This document shows, one piece after another, positions 37,323-46,598 of a stretch of 59,312 nt of DNA. The DNA comes from a virus (lineage: Duplodnaviria; Caudoviricetes). Position 1 is the first letter of the stretch; each line of letters starts with the position of its first letter. Location of the stretch: the IMG/VR virus record IMGVR_UViG_3300032898_000005, positions 1 to 59,312 of that record; one strand, written 5' to 3'. Made by a program: the position numbers and the translations under genes. The notes beneath the pieces are model-generated. The model did no database searches and was not told where the DNA came from. It was given only the letters and a program-made list of their open reading frames with translations.

Positions 37323-39301
37323 ACTGCCTCAAGGTAAGAGGTGTGGCCGAAGGGCTTAGTGTCGGCCTTAAAAGGGACTCCCGAGAACAGTCGACTGAAA
37401 GTCGACACGATGGTGTCCTGCATCAGGGCGGAGACCCTTTCCACGTCGGTGACGGGAATGCGGTCAACCAGGGAGTCGTGAATCTGGAGGACCAGCATGC
37501 CGGGGCACTCGCGGTCGTGCTTGACCATGGCTATGCGCATCGCCTCGGAGACGTCGCCCTGGACTCGCTGGTTAAAGGCCTTGTGGACCGGCTCGTAGTC
37601 CGCGAACTTCCGGACCTTGCCGGTGCAGAGGCGGACGAAACCGTTCTCGGTGGCCATGTCGGAGTACTGGTACAGGGCGCGGGCGAAACCGGGGAACGCG
37701 TTCTTGTAATCGGAGATGAACTCGCGGGTCTGGTCCACGGTGTACTCGTAGCCGGTGAACTTGGCGATCTGGGCCTTGAGTTCCTTGGCCCCGATGCCGT
37801 AGAGGATGCCGAGGTTGCAGCGCTTGGCCACGCCTCGGTAGCGCTCCCAGTCGGGGTCGAGCAGGGCGTCGGCCAGGGCGGTCGACGGGTAGAACATGAG
37901 CTTGCAGGCCGCGTTGTGGGAGTCGACGCCCTTCTTGAGGGCGCGCAGCATGTTCTTCTCCTTGGCCACCCAGGTAGCCACGCGAATCTCGGCCTGGCTG
38001 GCGTCCGACTCCCAGTACTCGTAGCCGGGGTCGTAGCCGAGGAACCTGCGGATCGGTTCGAGGCCGGAGGGGATCTGGTAGTCGTGAGGGAGGGCCTGGG
38101 CCTGCCAGCGCTCGACCGAGAGACGGCCGGAGACGACGCGGCCCTGCCGGTGGCAAGTGCGCAGGCGCCCGTCCGGGCCGACGAGGGCGGGGAAGGCCGC
38201 GTACCACTTGCTGTTGGCCGACTGCAGCTCCTGGAAATGGGCGTACTCGGCAGCGCCGGGGGCGTTGAGCTTGATCAGGCGCTGGACCGACTCGTCGTCG
38301 ACCTGGGGCCTGCCACCGGCGGTCATCTTGTCGGCGTAGGGGAGGTAGCCCAGGCCGCCGTCCTTGGGTGCGCCGAAGAAGTACTTGACGGCGGCGGGTC
38401 CGGTGGGCTTGCCGGTGCCGCCCTTGAACGGTACGGCGGAGGCGGCCTCCTTGATCAGGCCGGTGAGCTTTACGGACTCGCGACGGCATCCGTCGGAATC
38501 GAACCCGACGCCGCGCTTCTCCATGCCGTAGAGGGTGCGCATCAGGGCCTGCTCCTCCTCGATCCGGATCGAGAGCTGGTCGGTGAGGAGGGTCTGCTGG
38601 TGCTCGTAGAGCAGGTAGGTGAGCTGGGCGTCACGCTGGGCGTAGGTGCCGAGGACGGACCAGGGGATGAGGTCGTACCGGGGGTCGGCCTGGGGACCCT
38701 TCCACGGGGCGAGGGCCTCGGCCTCGTCGGCCTCCGCTCCCTCCTCGATGCCAAGCTCCTTGCCGATGTTGAGGCGGACCGAGGTGGGCTTGAGCGAGGT
38801 GGACTCGCCCGGCCACAGCTGGCCGGAGGCGAGCATGGTGTCCCACACCACGCGGGAACCTAGGTCGTAGTGGCCGCCGTCCCACGGGGGGCAGGCGGGG
38901 CCGTCCGAGGTGCAGTACTGGTCGTGGGGGCGGTCGCGCTGGCCTGCCAGGAACATCAGCAGGTCGTACTTGGCGTTCTGCAGGATGAGATGCTGGCGGG
39001 ACAGCCAGCGCATGAGCTGGTCCCACGCGGCCAGGGACCGGTTGGGAGTGTAGAGGTCGGCGTCCGACCACTTGGAGATCCGGCGCAGGTGCGAGGACGG
39101 GATCTGCTTGGGGCCGAGGGGAAGGCACCCGTCGTAGTATCCCTGGTCGAAAGGGACGGCGATCGAGACAAGCTCGGCGGTGACGGGATCGCGCCAGGCG
39201 GCGGAGACGGCGGAGACGCGGGCACCGTCGTCAGCGAAGAGACCAGAGTCCTCGGAGTCCAGGGCGACAAGGTGGTCGGAGACGTCGGGGAGTCGGGTCA
39301 T
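37319..39301 (-). CDS. Family A DNA polymerase with 3'-5' exonuclease
   Basis: Exo DSE, QNAKYD, YAQRD; motif A DASQAEIR; motif B KRCNLGILYG; motif C IHDS. Confidence 0.92.
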   Translation of the reverse strand: MTRLPDVSDHLVALDSEDSGLFADDGARVSAVSAAWRDPVTAELVSIAVPFDQGYYDGCLPLGPKQIPSSHLRRISKWSDADLYTPNRSLAAWDQLMRWLSRQHLILQNAKYDLLMFLAGQRDRPHDQYCTSDGPACPPWDGGHYDLGSRVVWDTMLASGQLWPGESTSLKPTSVRLNIGKELGIEEGAEADEAEALAPWKGPQADPRYDLIPWSVLGTYAQRDAQLTYLLYEHQQTLLTDQLSIRIEEEQALMRTLYGMEKRGVGFDSDGCRRESVKLTGLIKEAASAVPFKGGTGKPTGPAAVKYFFGAPKDGGLGYLPYADKMTAGGRPQVDDESVQRLIKLNAPGAAEYAHFQELQSANSKWYAAFPALVGPDGRLRTCHRQGRVVSGRLSVERWQAQALPHDYQIPSGLEPIRRFLGYDPGYEYWESDASQAEIRVATWVAKEKNMLRALKKGVDSHNAACKLMFYPSTALADALLDPDWERYRGVAKRCNLGILYGIGAKELKAQIAKFTGYEYTVDQTREFISDYKNAFPGFARALYQYSDMATENGFVRLCTGKVRKFADYEPVHKAFNQRVQGDVSEAMRIAMVKHDRECPGMLVLQIHDSLVDRIPVTDVERVSALMQDTIVSTFSRLFSGVPFKADTKPFGHTSYLEAV

Positions 39302-39523
39302 CGTCCTGTCGCAATGTGGTAGACGGTGCTGGCGACGAAGCACAGCACCAGGGCGGCCAGCGCGATGCGGAGCATGGCGTCGGTTGACGGAATGAATCGG
39401 CCGGGGCCTCGGACGCTCACGGGGCGACTCCGAGGTAGGTGAGGGAGATAGCGAGGGCGCAGGCCGCAGAGAGCAGGCCGAGGATAAGTAGGAAGTCGCG
39501 GACGGCGACGAGGTAGCGGTACG

Positions 39524-39943
39524 TCACTGGTTGCCGATCCCGTCGACCCGGTAGGCGAGCTGGTTGACGATGGCGATAGCGTTGTCGAGGTGGTCGGCGG
39601 ACTGGCCGAACTCTAGGCGGACGGCGCGGTCGTCGAGGTAGGCGACGGCGGCGACCTTGCGGTTGGTGACGAGGACGACATCGCCGTCGCCTGGGCCGCC
39701 GGTCCAGAACGAGCGGGTCATGTCGGGGTCGGGCTGGACGCGGAAGCTGAGACGGCGCAGGACCTGGGCGACCGGCTCGACCGGGCGGCAGGTGGAGACG
39801 ACCACGGCGTAGGCGAGAATGTGAAGGCGGCGGATGATGGTGGCGTCGATCTTGCCGTAGATCGCGCCGTCCTGCCAGCCGTTCTCGTAGGAGTGAATCA
39901 GGCCGTCGAAGTCGACGGAGACGCACTGTCGTCGTGTGGGCAT
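39524..39943 (-). CDS. HAD-superfamily phosphatase-like protein
   Basis: VDFDGLI (DxD), VSTCR, K and YLDDRA motifs. Confidence 0.75.
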   Translation of the reverse strand: MPTRRQCVSVDFDGLIHSYENGWQDGAIYGKIDATIIRRLHILAYAVVVSTCRPVEPVAQVLRRLSFRVQPDPDMTRSFWTGGPGDGDVVLVTNRKVAAVAYLDDRAVRLEFGQSADHLDNAIAIVNQLAYRVDGIGNQ

Positions 39944-40648
39944 CTAAGCTCCTATGCTATAAAGATACTCGACGGGTAGGGCCTTGCCGCTCCTGATGCC
40001 AGCGCTCCGCTGGCCCTCCCATACCACGGACAGTCCGGGGATGCGCTCGTATTCCGACAAGAACACCGCGCACTCGCGATCTGCCCATTTCCTGGCCCTG
40101 CGGATCAGGCGGTCCAGGTCCAGGTCCTGATAACTGCTGTTGTGGTTCTTGGTACGGGACTGGTACGGAGGGTCGCAGTAGATCACGCACCCCATCGGCG
40201 GGCGCAAGGTGTCGTATGATCGCGTCATGAACTGTCGTATGCCGCCGTGGTCGCGGATCTGAGCGGCCTGGCGCATGACGGTACGACTGGAGGCAGCTGC
40301 TGACATGTTGCCCCGTCCGTAGCCCTCGAACCATATGCCGCCGAAAGAGCACCCGTAGCCGACGAACCCCCGCAAGGCGGACGGGCTGGCGTGACGCAAG
40401 CTCCGGTACTCGTCTTCGGACACCGCGTCGGGCGGGGTCCACCCACCGTTAACCACGGCGTCCCACATCAGCACGAGGTCTTCGTGCACGTCGCTCCCTA
40501 CCGCCTTGTGAAAATGGGGGGCCATCTTGGCGAACACGGACGCTCCGCCCAGGAACGGCTCCCAGTAGGTCAGTCTCTCATTGGTGTGGCGAAGCATGAC
40601 AGCGGCCAGCTGACTAGCTATCCGGTGCTTGCCGCCCATATATTGCAT
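39944..40648 (-). CDS. DNA adenine methyltransferase (D12/Dam class)
   Basis: YMGGK, EPFLGGASV, YCDPPY. Confidence 0.9.
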   Translation of the reverse strand: MQYMGGKHRIASQLAAVMLRHTNERLTYWEPFLGGASVFAKMAPHFHKAVGSDVHEDLVLMWDAVVNGGWTPPDAVSEDEYRSLRHASPSALRGFVGYGCSFGGIWFEGYGRGNMSAAASSRTVMRQAAQIRDHGGIRQFMTRSYDTLRPPMGCVIYCDPPYQSRTKNHNSSYQDLDLDRLIRRARKWADRECAVFLSEYERIPGLSVVWEGQRSAGIRSGKALPVEYLYSIGA

Positions 40649-40683
40649 TGTGCTCCTCTTCCATCAAATCGTGACGTGCGCCT

Positions 40684-40728
40684 ATGGTATCAGATGGGTT
40701 GTCACCCGGTCAACGGACATGATAAAAT
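40684..40728. promoter_or_regulatory. Bidirectional promoter with interdigitated -35 boxes
   Basis: TTGTC-ACCCG-GTCAA at 40699-40713; rightward TTGTCA-N18-TAAAAT; leftward TTGACC-N18-TACCAT. Confidence 0.75.
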
Positions 40729-40748
40729 TTGGAGTAAGGAGGTGCGAG

Positions 40749-42248
40749 ATGAGCATGGTGCTGAACTCGGAGCAGAGGGCGATCGTCAAGGCGAGCAAGA
40801 CCGCCCGGACGATGCGCGTGGTGGCGCTCGCGGGAACGGGCAAGACGAGCACGCTGGCGGAGGTGGCGGAAGCCAACCCGTACGTGCAGTACCTGTACGT
40901 GGCGTACAACAAGGCGGCCCAGCTGGACGCGGCGGCGAGGTTCCCCAGGAACGTCAAGTGCCAGACCAGCCACGGCATGGTGTTCATGCAATACGGGAAG
41001 AGGTACAGCTCTAAGCTGAACGCGCCGAGGGTGCCCGCGTGGAAGGCGGCCAAGGTCCTGGGGCTGGCCGAGCTGCGGGTGGAGTACTGCGTCAGCTGCA
41101 GTATGGTGACGAGCGAGGGCGGTGACCACGCGGGTCACGCGGTGCTGGCGGAGACGGTGAACACCACGGCGATGGCGAGCCTGGTGATGCGGGGGGTGGA
41201 CCGGTGGTGCCACTCGGACCAGGCGGAGATCGACTGGTGGCACATCCCGCCGGTGAAAGGCGCGGACGAGCGGCTGCAGCGGGCGATCCGGGAGAGCCTG
41301 GTGAGCAGCGCGCGGGAGGCGTGGAAGGACCTGAAGAGCGCGAACGGGCAGCTGAAGTTCAGCCACGACATGTACCTGAAGATGGCGCAGCTGGACGGCT
41401 GGCGGACGGACCGGAACTCGGTGATGCTGGACGAGGCCCAGGACACCAACCCGTGCGTGGCGAGCATGCTGCTGTCGGCCAAGGGCAAGCGGATGACGAT
41501 GGTGGGGGACCCCAACCAGGCGATCTACGAGTGGAGGGGGGCCACGGACGCGATGGACAAGTTCGAGGCCGACGAGACGCTGGGGCTGACGGGGAGCTAC
41601 CGGTTCGGGCCGGAGATCGCGGAGTTCGCTAACGAGTGGCTCGGGATGCTCGGCAGCGAGATGCAGCTCAAGGGCTGGAAGAAGCTGGAGGGAAAGGTAG
41701 TCGACTTCGTGGAGGAGCCGGACGCGATCCTGTGCCGGAGCAACGGCGGGTGCGTGGCGGCGGCGATGCACTGGCTGGAGGCGGGCAGGAAAGTGGCGGT
41801 GGTGGGCGGAGGAGGAGAGATCGAGTCGCTGGCGAGGGGGGCGCAGGGGCTGATGGCCGGTAGGAGGAGCGAGCACCCCGACCTGGTGAACTTCGACAGC
41901 TGGGGCGCGGTGCAGGCATACTGCAAGGAAGAGCCGGAGGCGGCCGGGACGCTGGTGCCGCTGGTGCGGGCGATCAGCCAGTACGGGCCGGAGGCGATCA
42001 TGACGATGGCGCGGAGCCTGGTGCCGGAGGACCGGGCCGACGTGACGGTGAGCACCCAGCACCGGAGCAAGGGCAGGCAGTGGAAGACGGTACAGATCGC
42101 GGGCGACGTGATGCAGCCGAAGGCGGGCGAGGAGCTGCCGAGGGAAGAGCTGCGGCTGAGCTACGTCGCGGCGACGAGGGCGCAGGACGTGCTGGCCACG
42201 GGCGGGGATGGCGGCCTGGGCTGGATCAAGGGCGGGCTGGCCACGTAA
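40749..42248 (+). CDS. UvrD/Rep-like SF1 helicase
   Basis: ALAGTGKT, LDEAQD, VGDPNQAIYEWRGA, SYRFG, HRSKGRQW, YVAATRA; AAGGAGG RBS. Confidence 0.92.
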   Translation: MSMVLNSEQRAIVKASKTARTMRVVALAGTGKTSTLAEVAEANPYVQYLYVAYNKAAQLDAAARFPRNVKCQTSHGMVFMQYGKRYSSKLNAPRVPAWKAAKVLGLAELRVEYCVSCSMVTSEGGDHAGHAVLAETVNTTAMASLVMRGVDRWCHSDQAEIDWWHIPPVKGADERLQRAIRESLVSSAREAWKDLKSANGQLKFSHDMYLKMAQLDGWRTDRNSVMLDEAQDTNPCVASMLLSAKGKRMTMVGDPNQAIYEWRGATDAMDKFEADETLGLTGSYRFGPEIAEFANEWLGMLGSEMQLKGWKKLEGKVVDFVEEPDAILCRSNGGCVAAAMHWLEAGRKVAVVGGGGEIESLARGAQGLMAGRRSEHPDLVNFDSWGAVQAYCKEEPEAAGTLVPLVRAISQYGPEAIMTMARSLVPEDRADVTVSTQHRSKGRQWKTVQIAGDVMQPKAGEELPREELRLSYVAATRAQDVLATGGDGGLGWIKGGLAT

Positions 42249-42257
42249 GGGAAACAC

Positions 42258-42301
42258 GACGAGGCCCCGGTTACCACGTGGGTGGCGGCCGGGGCCTCGT
42301 C
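42258..42301. terminator. Bidirectional hairpin terminator
   Basis: 13-bp stem GACGAGGCCCCGG / CCGGGGCCTCGTC between convergent genes. Confidence 0.7.
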
Positions 42302-42406
42302 CTTGTTTACTCGCCGGGCTTACGGGCGGTCAGCTCCCAGGCCAGGGCCAGCTCCCAGCTGGAGGGGCGCTGCGGGCCGTGAACCGAGTCCTGCCCGGTC
42401 CAGTTG

Positions 42407-42532
42407 TTACGCTTGTTCATCGTCGTTCACCTCCTCGGGCTCGGAGTGGTCGTCCAGGATGTGCCGGTTAAAGTCCGTGTCCGAGATGAACACGGCGTCC
42501 GGGCACTGAGTGCAACGGATCAAGGCCGCCAC
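42407..42532 (-). CDS. 41-aa C2H2-type zinc-finger microprotein
   Basis: CTQCPDAVFISDTDFNRHILDDH; downstream of promoter 42605-42576; missing from the ORF track. Confidence 0.5.
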   Translation of the reverse strand: MAALIRCTQCPDAVFISDTDFNRHILDDHSEPEEVNDDEQA

Positions 42533-42575
42533 CACCAATCGAGGCGTAAGCCGCCCCGGCGGCGGCCCCGGACCC

Positions 42576-42605
42576 AGTAGACCAGATGGGTTGTCACGGA
42601 GACAA
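42576..42605 (-). promoter_or_regulatory. Promoter / operator
   Basis: TTGTC-ACGGA-GACAA at 42591-42605; TTGTCT-N18-TCTACT. Confidence 0.55.
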
Positions 42606-42762
42606 GGGCATGGTCGGATGGGAACAGAGGGCCGGTTCGCGGCCCTTACGGTGATCGACGGCTACCTGCAGCAGTAGTGCAGGCGCGCGGCCCCGGCCCC
42701 GACAAGGGTGTCCGGGGCCTGGTTGTACTCGGAGTGACCAGGCCATCACAGTGTGATTCACG

Positions 42763-42866
42763 ACCCTGTACCCTGTGTACCCTGTGTACCCTTCTCTTCC
42801 TCTATCTCTCTTTGGAAGACCGGAAGGGGGAGAGGGGAGGGACGGAGGGTACACAGGGTACACAGG
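42763..42866. repeat. Iterated and inverted repeat; candidate replication origin
   Basis: CCTGTGTACCCTGTGTACCCT (42772-42792) and its exact reverse complement (42846-42866) flank a pyrimidine tract and a purine tract, directly after the primase-helicase stop. Confidence 0.6.
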
Positions 42867-45098
42867 CTACATCCGGCGCAATGACCAGACCTGACCCCGG
42901 CTGGACCTGCTCTTTTCCATTACGACGCCCGACTTGCGCAGGATGCCGGACAGGCGGCCCAGGCGCATCCCGATCTGGGTAGGACTCTTGGGCCAGCCGG
43001 TGTCAGCGCCCCGGTCGAGTCGGCCGTGATAGGTGGAGAACAGGGCCGACGTGGTGCCCTCCCAGCCCTGCTCCGCGAGGGCCAGTACATGGACGGTGAA
43101 GGCGTCCGTCTCCACTGACGCGCGGACGCCCTCGGCTACCTTGCGGCGGTACGTGTCGACCGTGCGCGAGCCGGTGGCGCGGTCCATCGCGGCGCAGACG
43201 TGCACGAAGTCGGCCATCCGCTCGCGAGAGAAGTCGCCCGACTCGGCCACGGCCGGGAGGTGAGCCAGGACCGACGAGGCGAGGTCGAGCAGCGCGCCGA
43301 GGGCGACCGGACGGTCGCGCTCCCATTGCCTGGCCAGGTCGGTCTGAGTGATGAACGTGGAGATCGGCTCGGGCTCGAACAAGACGGTCCGGTCCACCAG
43401 GTCCCCACGGGAGACCAGGGAGTCGATCGAGGTCACCACGAACGAGCGGCGGACCGACACCACGGACAGGTCCTGGTCGGAGTACTTGCGGCGTTTGACG
43501 TCGCCGGTTTTGGTGACGGCGGTGCAGATCGCGTCGGACAGCCAGTCAGGCATCGTGGACAGGTTGTCGAGAACGACGATGGGCTGACCAGCGATGGTGA
43601 CCTCCCAGTCCTCGTCGCGACCGGGCTGGCGGCGGACGGCGACGGGGGAGGGGTCGACCAGGGAGCGGATGAGGCGGGCCATCGAGGACTTGGCGGTGCC
43701 CTCCTCGCCGCGCAGGTAGACCACGGGGTGATCGATGTCGGGGATCAGCCAGGCGAGGATGCAGGCGACCAGCAGGGCGCGGTCGGCCGGGGGTAGGTTC
43801 AGGAGCGGGTAGAGGGTGTCTTTGAGCTTGCCGCCCCGGACGGGCGTGGGCAGCTCGCCGGTAAGGTCGGTCCGGCGGAACAGCACAGGGGGCTCCTCGA
43901 CTACCTTCCAGGTGCCGGGACCGATCACGATGGCGCGGCCGGTCTGGTCCCCGAGGTCGAGCACGATCTCGCCGTCGTGCCACGCGGTCCGCATCGGGAG
44001 GGGGGTCGTGGGCTTGTAGGCGGCCCGGCCTTCGAGGACGGTCATCACGTCGGCCAGGGCCCCGTTCGATGGCGGATGTCCGAACTCCTGTTCATGCTGG
44101 GCGGCCAGGGCCGCGCGCATCGAGCCCGAGCCGCCGCGCAGGGCGCGCACCACGCGGGGGCCGGTGAGAGGAACGCCGAAAGGCACGTTCTCCTCGGACC
44201 GGACTAGCTCGTAGTCGCGCATGGCGATCCTCATCAGTCGCTGGGCCATGGTCGGCTTGTCGCCGTCCGCGCCCTCCAGCAGCTCGGTCCGAGCCTGCTC
44301 CAGGCACCGGGCCAGCTCCATCGGCCACCAGTTCGGCTGCTGCCGCTTGCGCTCGGCCCGGCGCGACGTGGTGATGGCGTCGGCCTCGGCCAGCTCGCGG
44401 ATCTGGTCGTCGTCGAGTCCGGCCCGCATCGCGTGCTTGATCAGCAGGAACGTGTGGTCGCTGGGGTCGGTGCCCTTGGGTACCACCACGCGCAGCCCGG
44501 CGGGGACGCGGCTGCTGGATGGTATCTCGGCGGTCACGGAAGGGGTCACCTCGGGCCTCATCAGCCAGTCCGGTGCATCGGCCAGGGGACGCCACGACGA
44601 TACCTCATAGATGCCCTCCTGGCTGCGGGAGGGCGGCAGGATCACGTAATCGTGACTCAGGCCGCCCCGGATGTCTATCGTCTTGTCCTTGTACTTGCGA
44701 GCGGGCGCGCCAAGCTTACCTGACTGCCGTTCGCCACGGTAGAACATGTGGGTACCGCGAACGCCCTCATGTCCGGGCGTGCTTACCACGCGGGTGGCGG
44801 GCAGGTGCCCTAGGCTCAGCCGGTCCTCGGCGTGGCCGGTCTTGTAGGAGTCGAAGTCGAGGATGACCAGGTGGTCGGCCCGGCCGCCGATCAGGGCGTC
44901 CGGCCAGGTCTCCCACCAGATGTGTATCTGCTCCACGTCGACGGTAGCCGAATGCTTGCCACCGGCGGTTAGCGGGGCCTTGTCGGCACCGCAGGGAAGA
45001 ACTGGGATTCCGAATTGCTGGGACCAGACGAGCGCCCACATCAGCATCGGCTGGACGGACTCGACACGGGCAGCCACTTCGGCTGGTAGCTTGCACAA
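42867..45098 (-). CDS. Bifunctional primase-polymerase (Prim-Pol) fused to helicase/ATPase
   Basis: PVLPC...KAPL...AT.D...WWETWPDA, LDFD, GTHMFY, YVILPPS; P-loop GEEGTAKS, LDN. Confidence 0.85.
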   Translation of the reverse strand: MCKLPAEVAARVESVQPMLMWALVWSQQFGIPVLPCGADKAPLTAGGKHSATVDVEQIHIWWETWPDALIGGRADHLVILDFDSYKTGHAEDRLSLGHLPATRVVSTPGHEGVRGTHMFYRGERQSGKLGAPARKYKDKTIDIRGGLSHDYVILPPSRSQEGIYEVSSWRPLADAPDWLMRPEVTPSVTAEIPSSSRVPAGLRVVVPKGTDPSDHTFLLIKHAMRAGLDDDQIRELAEADAITTSRRAERKRQQPNWWPMELARCLEQARTELLEGADGDKPTMAQRLMRIAMRDYELVRSEENVPFGVPLTGPRVVRALRGGSGSMRAALAAQHEQEFGHPPSNGALADVMTVLEGRAAYKPTTPLPMRTAWHDGEIVLDLGDQTGRAIVIGPGTWKVVEEPPVLFRRTDLTGELPTPVRGGKLKDTLYPLLNLPPADRALLVACILAWLIPDIDHPVVYLRGEEGTAKSSMARLIRSLVDPSPVAVRRQPGRDEDWEVTIAGQPIVVLDNLSTMPDWLSDAICTAVTKTGDVKRRKYSDQDLSVVSVRRSFVVTSIDSLVSRGDLVDRTVLFEPEPISTFITQTDLARQWERDRPVALGALLDLASSVLAHLPAVAESGDFSRERMADFVHVCAAMDRATGSRTVDTYRRKVAEGVRASVETDAFTVHVLALAEQGWEGTTSALFSTYHGRLDRGADTGWPKSPTQIGMRLGRLSGILRKSGVVMEKSRSSRGQVWSLRRM

Positions 45099-45336
45099 TC
45101 GGACGCGCTCCTAGTACAATAGTCAACTGGAAGAGGTCTCGCTCATCTCGCCCTAGCGGACCCCCGATCGCCAGACTGTCGCGGCCTGGCGGCCGGGGGT
45201 TCTCGCTATCTCAGCACCCAGGTTCGGGCACAGTAAAGGCCGGGTACCCAGGGGAAGTGGATACCCGGCCTTCACGTCCGACCGCCCGGTAGACCCCTCG
45301 GCGGGGTGCTCGAACGGCGGCCGGGGTCAGGGGCGA

Positions 45337-45804
45337 CTAAAAGTCGTCGTCGTCCGCGTCGTCGTCGGAGTCGTCGTCCTCGCCGTCCGAGTTGGACCCG
45401 ACCGGCAGCAGGGTCTGCAGGTCCGACGCCATCTGGCCCTTGCGAGCGCCCTTCTGGATCTCGCGCTGGCCGACGATTCCCTTGACCTCCTTGCCGAGGA
45501 GGATGTCGGTGTCGACGTTGGGCTTGACCTCGAACGCCTCGAAGAACATCTTGAGGAACCACGCCTGGTTCTCCGCGAAACCGGTGTTGGCGCGGATCGT
45601 CTTGCCCTTGAACTTGTCGCCGGTCAGCTGGCCGGACACCACGGAAAAGGTCCAGATCCAGTAGCCGTTGCCGTTGACGTCCGGCTTGGGCGAGACGACC
45701 ACCTTGTCGAGCTTGAGGACGTACTCGTCCTCGTCGAGCAGGGCGGAGCCGCTGCCCTCGGCCTTGGCCACGGCCTTTGCGGTTGCTGCGTCGAGCTTGG
45801 GCAC
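45337..45804 (-). CDS. ssDNA-binding protein-like (DUF669-type) with acidic tail
   Basis: Located in the exonuclease-ATPase-SSB module; ends DDDSDDDADDDDF. Confidence 0.65.
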   Translation of the reverse strand: MPKLDAATAKAVAKAEGSGSALLDEDEYVLKLDKVVVSPKPDVNGNGYWIWTFSVVSGQLTGDKFKGKTIRANTGFAENQAWFLKMFFEAFEVKPNVDTDILLGKEVKGIVGQREIQKGARKGQMASDLQTLLPVGSNSDGEDDDSDDDADDDDF

Positions 45805-45844
45805 TTGGTGCCTCCCAGTTAGTGCGGATCGTGTGTCGGGCGCT

Positions 45845-45874
45845 ATCGTACTGCGGTGGTTGTCAGCGTGTCAA
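45845..45874 (-). promoter_or_regulatory. Promoter / operator
   Basis: TTGACA-N18-TACGAT; TTGTC-AGCGT-GTCAA. Confidence 0.75.
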
Positions 45875-46164
45875 CGGGACTTGGTCGAGTAATTGGTGGC
45901 CCGGCCGCGTGCGTGCTTGCCGACGCGGACGCCGGGCAGCAGGTCGAGCAGCTGCTTGCCGCTGCCGCGCCACTCGCTGACCTTGCCCACGGCCGGTGGT
46001 GCCGCCGGAGGGCGGGTAGGCTGGCACGTCTCGCACCGCTCGCGCTTGGGACGCCGGACCCCGGGCACCTTCTCGGGCTTGGGCTCGTGGTCGGCTGCGG
46101 TGTGGCCGCCCGCCATGTACCGGCGGTTAGCCTTCTGCCGGGCGCGTTTGCGTGCTGTCGTCAT
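45871..46164 (-). CDS. Basic hypothetical protein
   Basis: AGGAG RBS; CETC. Confidence 0.45.
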   Translation of the reverse strand: MTTARKRARQKANRRYMAGGHTAADHEPKPEKVPGVRRPKRERCETCQPTRPPAAPPAVGKVSEWRGSGKQLLDLLPGVRVGKHARGRATNYSTKSR

Positions 46165-46598
46165 CTTCGAACTCTCCTAGATCTCTGGTTGCGTAGTCGG
46201 CAGTCCTGATCACGTCCAGCATCGCGAGCTGGTAGCGAATCACGGCCTGGGCTAGGGGGGCCACCGCCGCCAGGGCGTCGACGGCCTCACTTACGGGAAC
46301 GTGGGGAGCGCCGCGCTGCCGCATCGCGATCGTCTCCCGGTCCATGCCGGTGGCCAGCTTCCTGGCCCGGCTGGCGATCTGGGTGCGCTCCTCCGCGCTC
46401 ACCGATCGATCCTTATCGATCGTTTGTGCAGACTAGCGTGCATTCTGGTTGCATGCTCAGAGCATGTGCGTTGCGGTCTGGAGTCGATACGTCCAGGGGA
46501 TTGAACGATGTACATCGTGGTTAGCTGGGGACACTCGCCGTGATTCCAGTCGCACTGTCCCAGATCGCCTACGCACACCGTGTCCGTGACGGGCACGA

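Noticed and set aside
27572-45098. Inteins or introns in terminase, polymerase or primase
   Set aside because: Lengths are normal, no C...HN-C/S/T junctions were noticed, and the frames are uninterrupted
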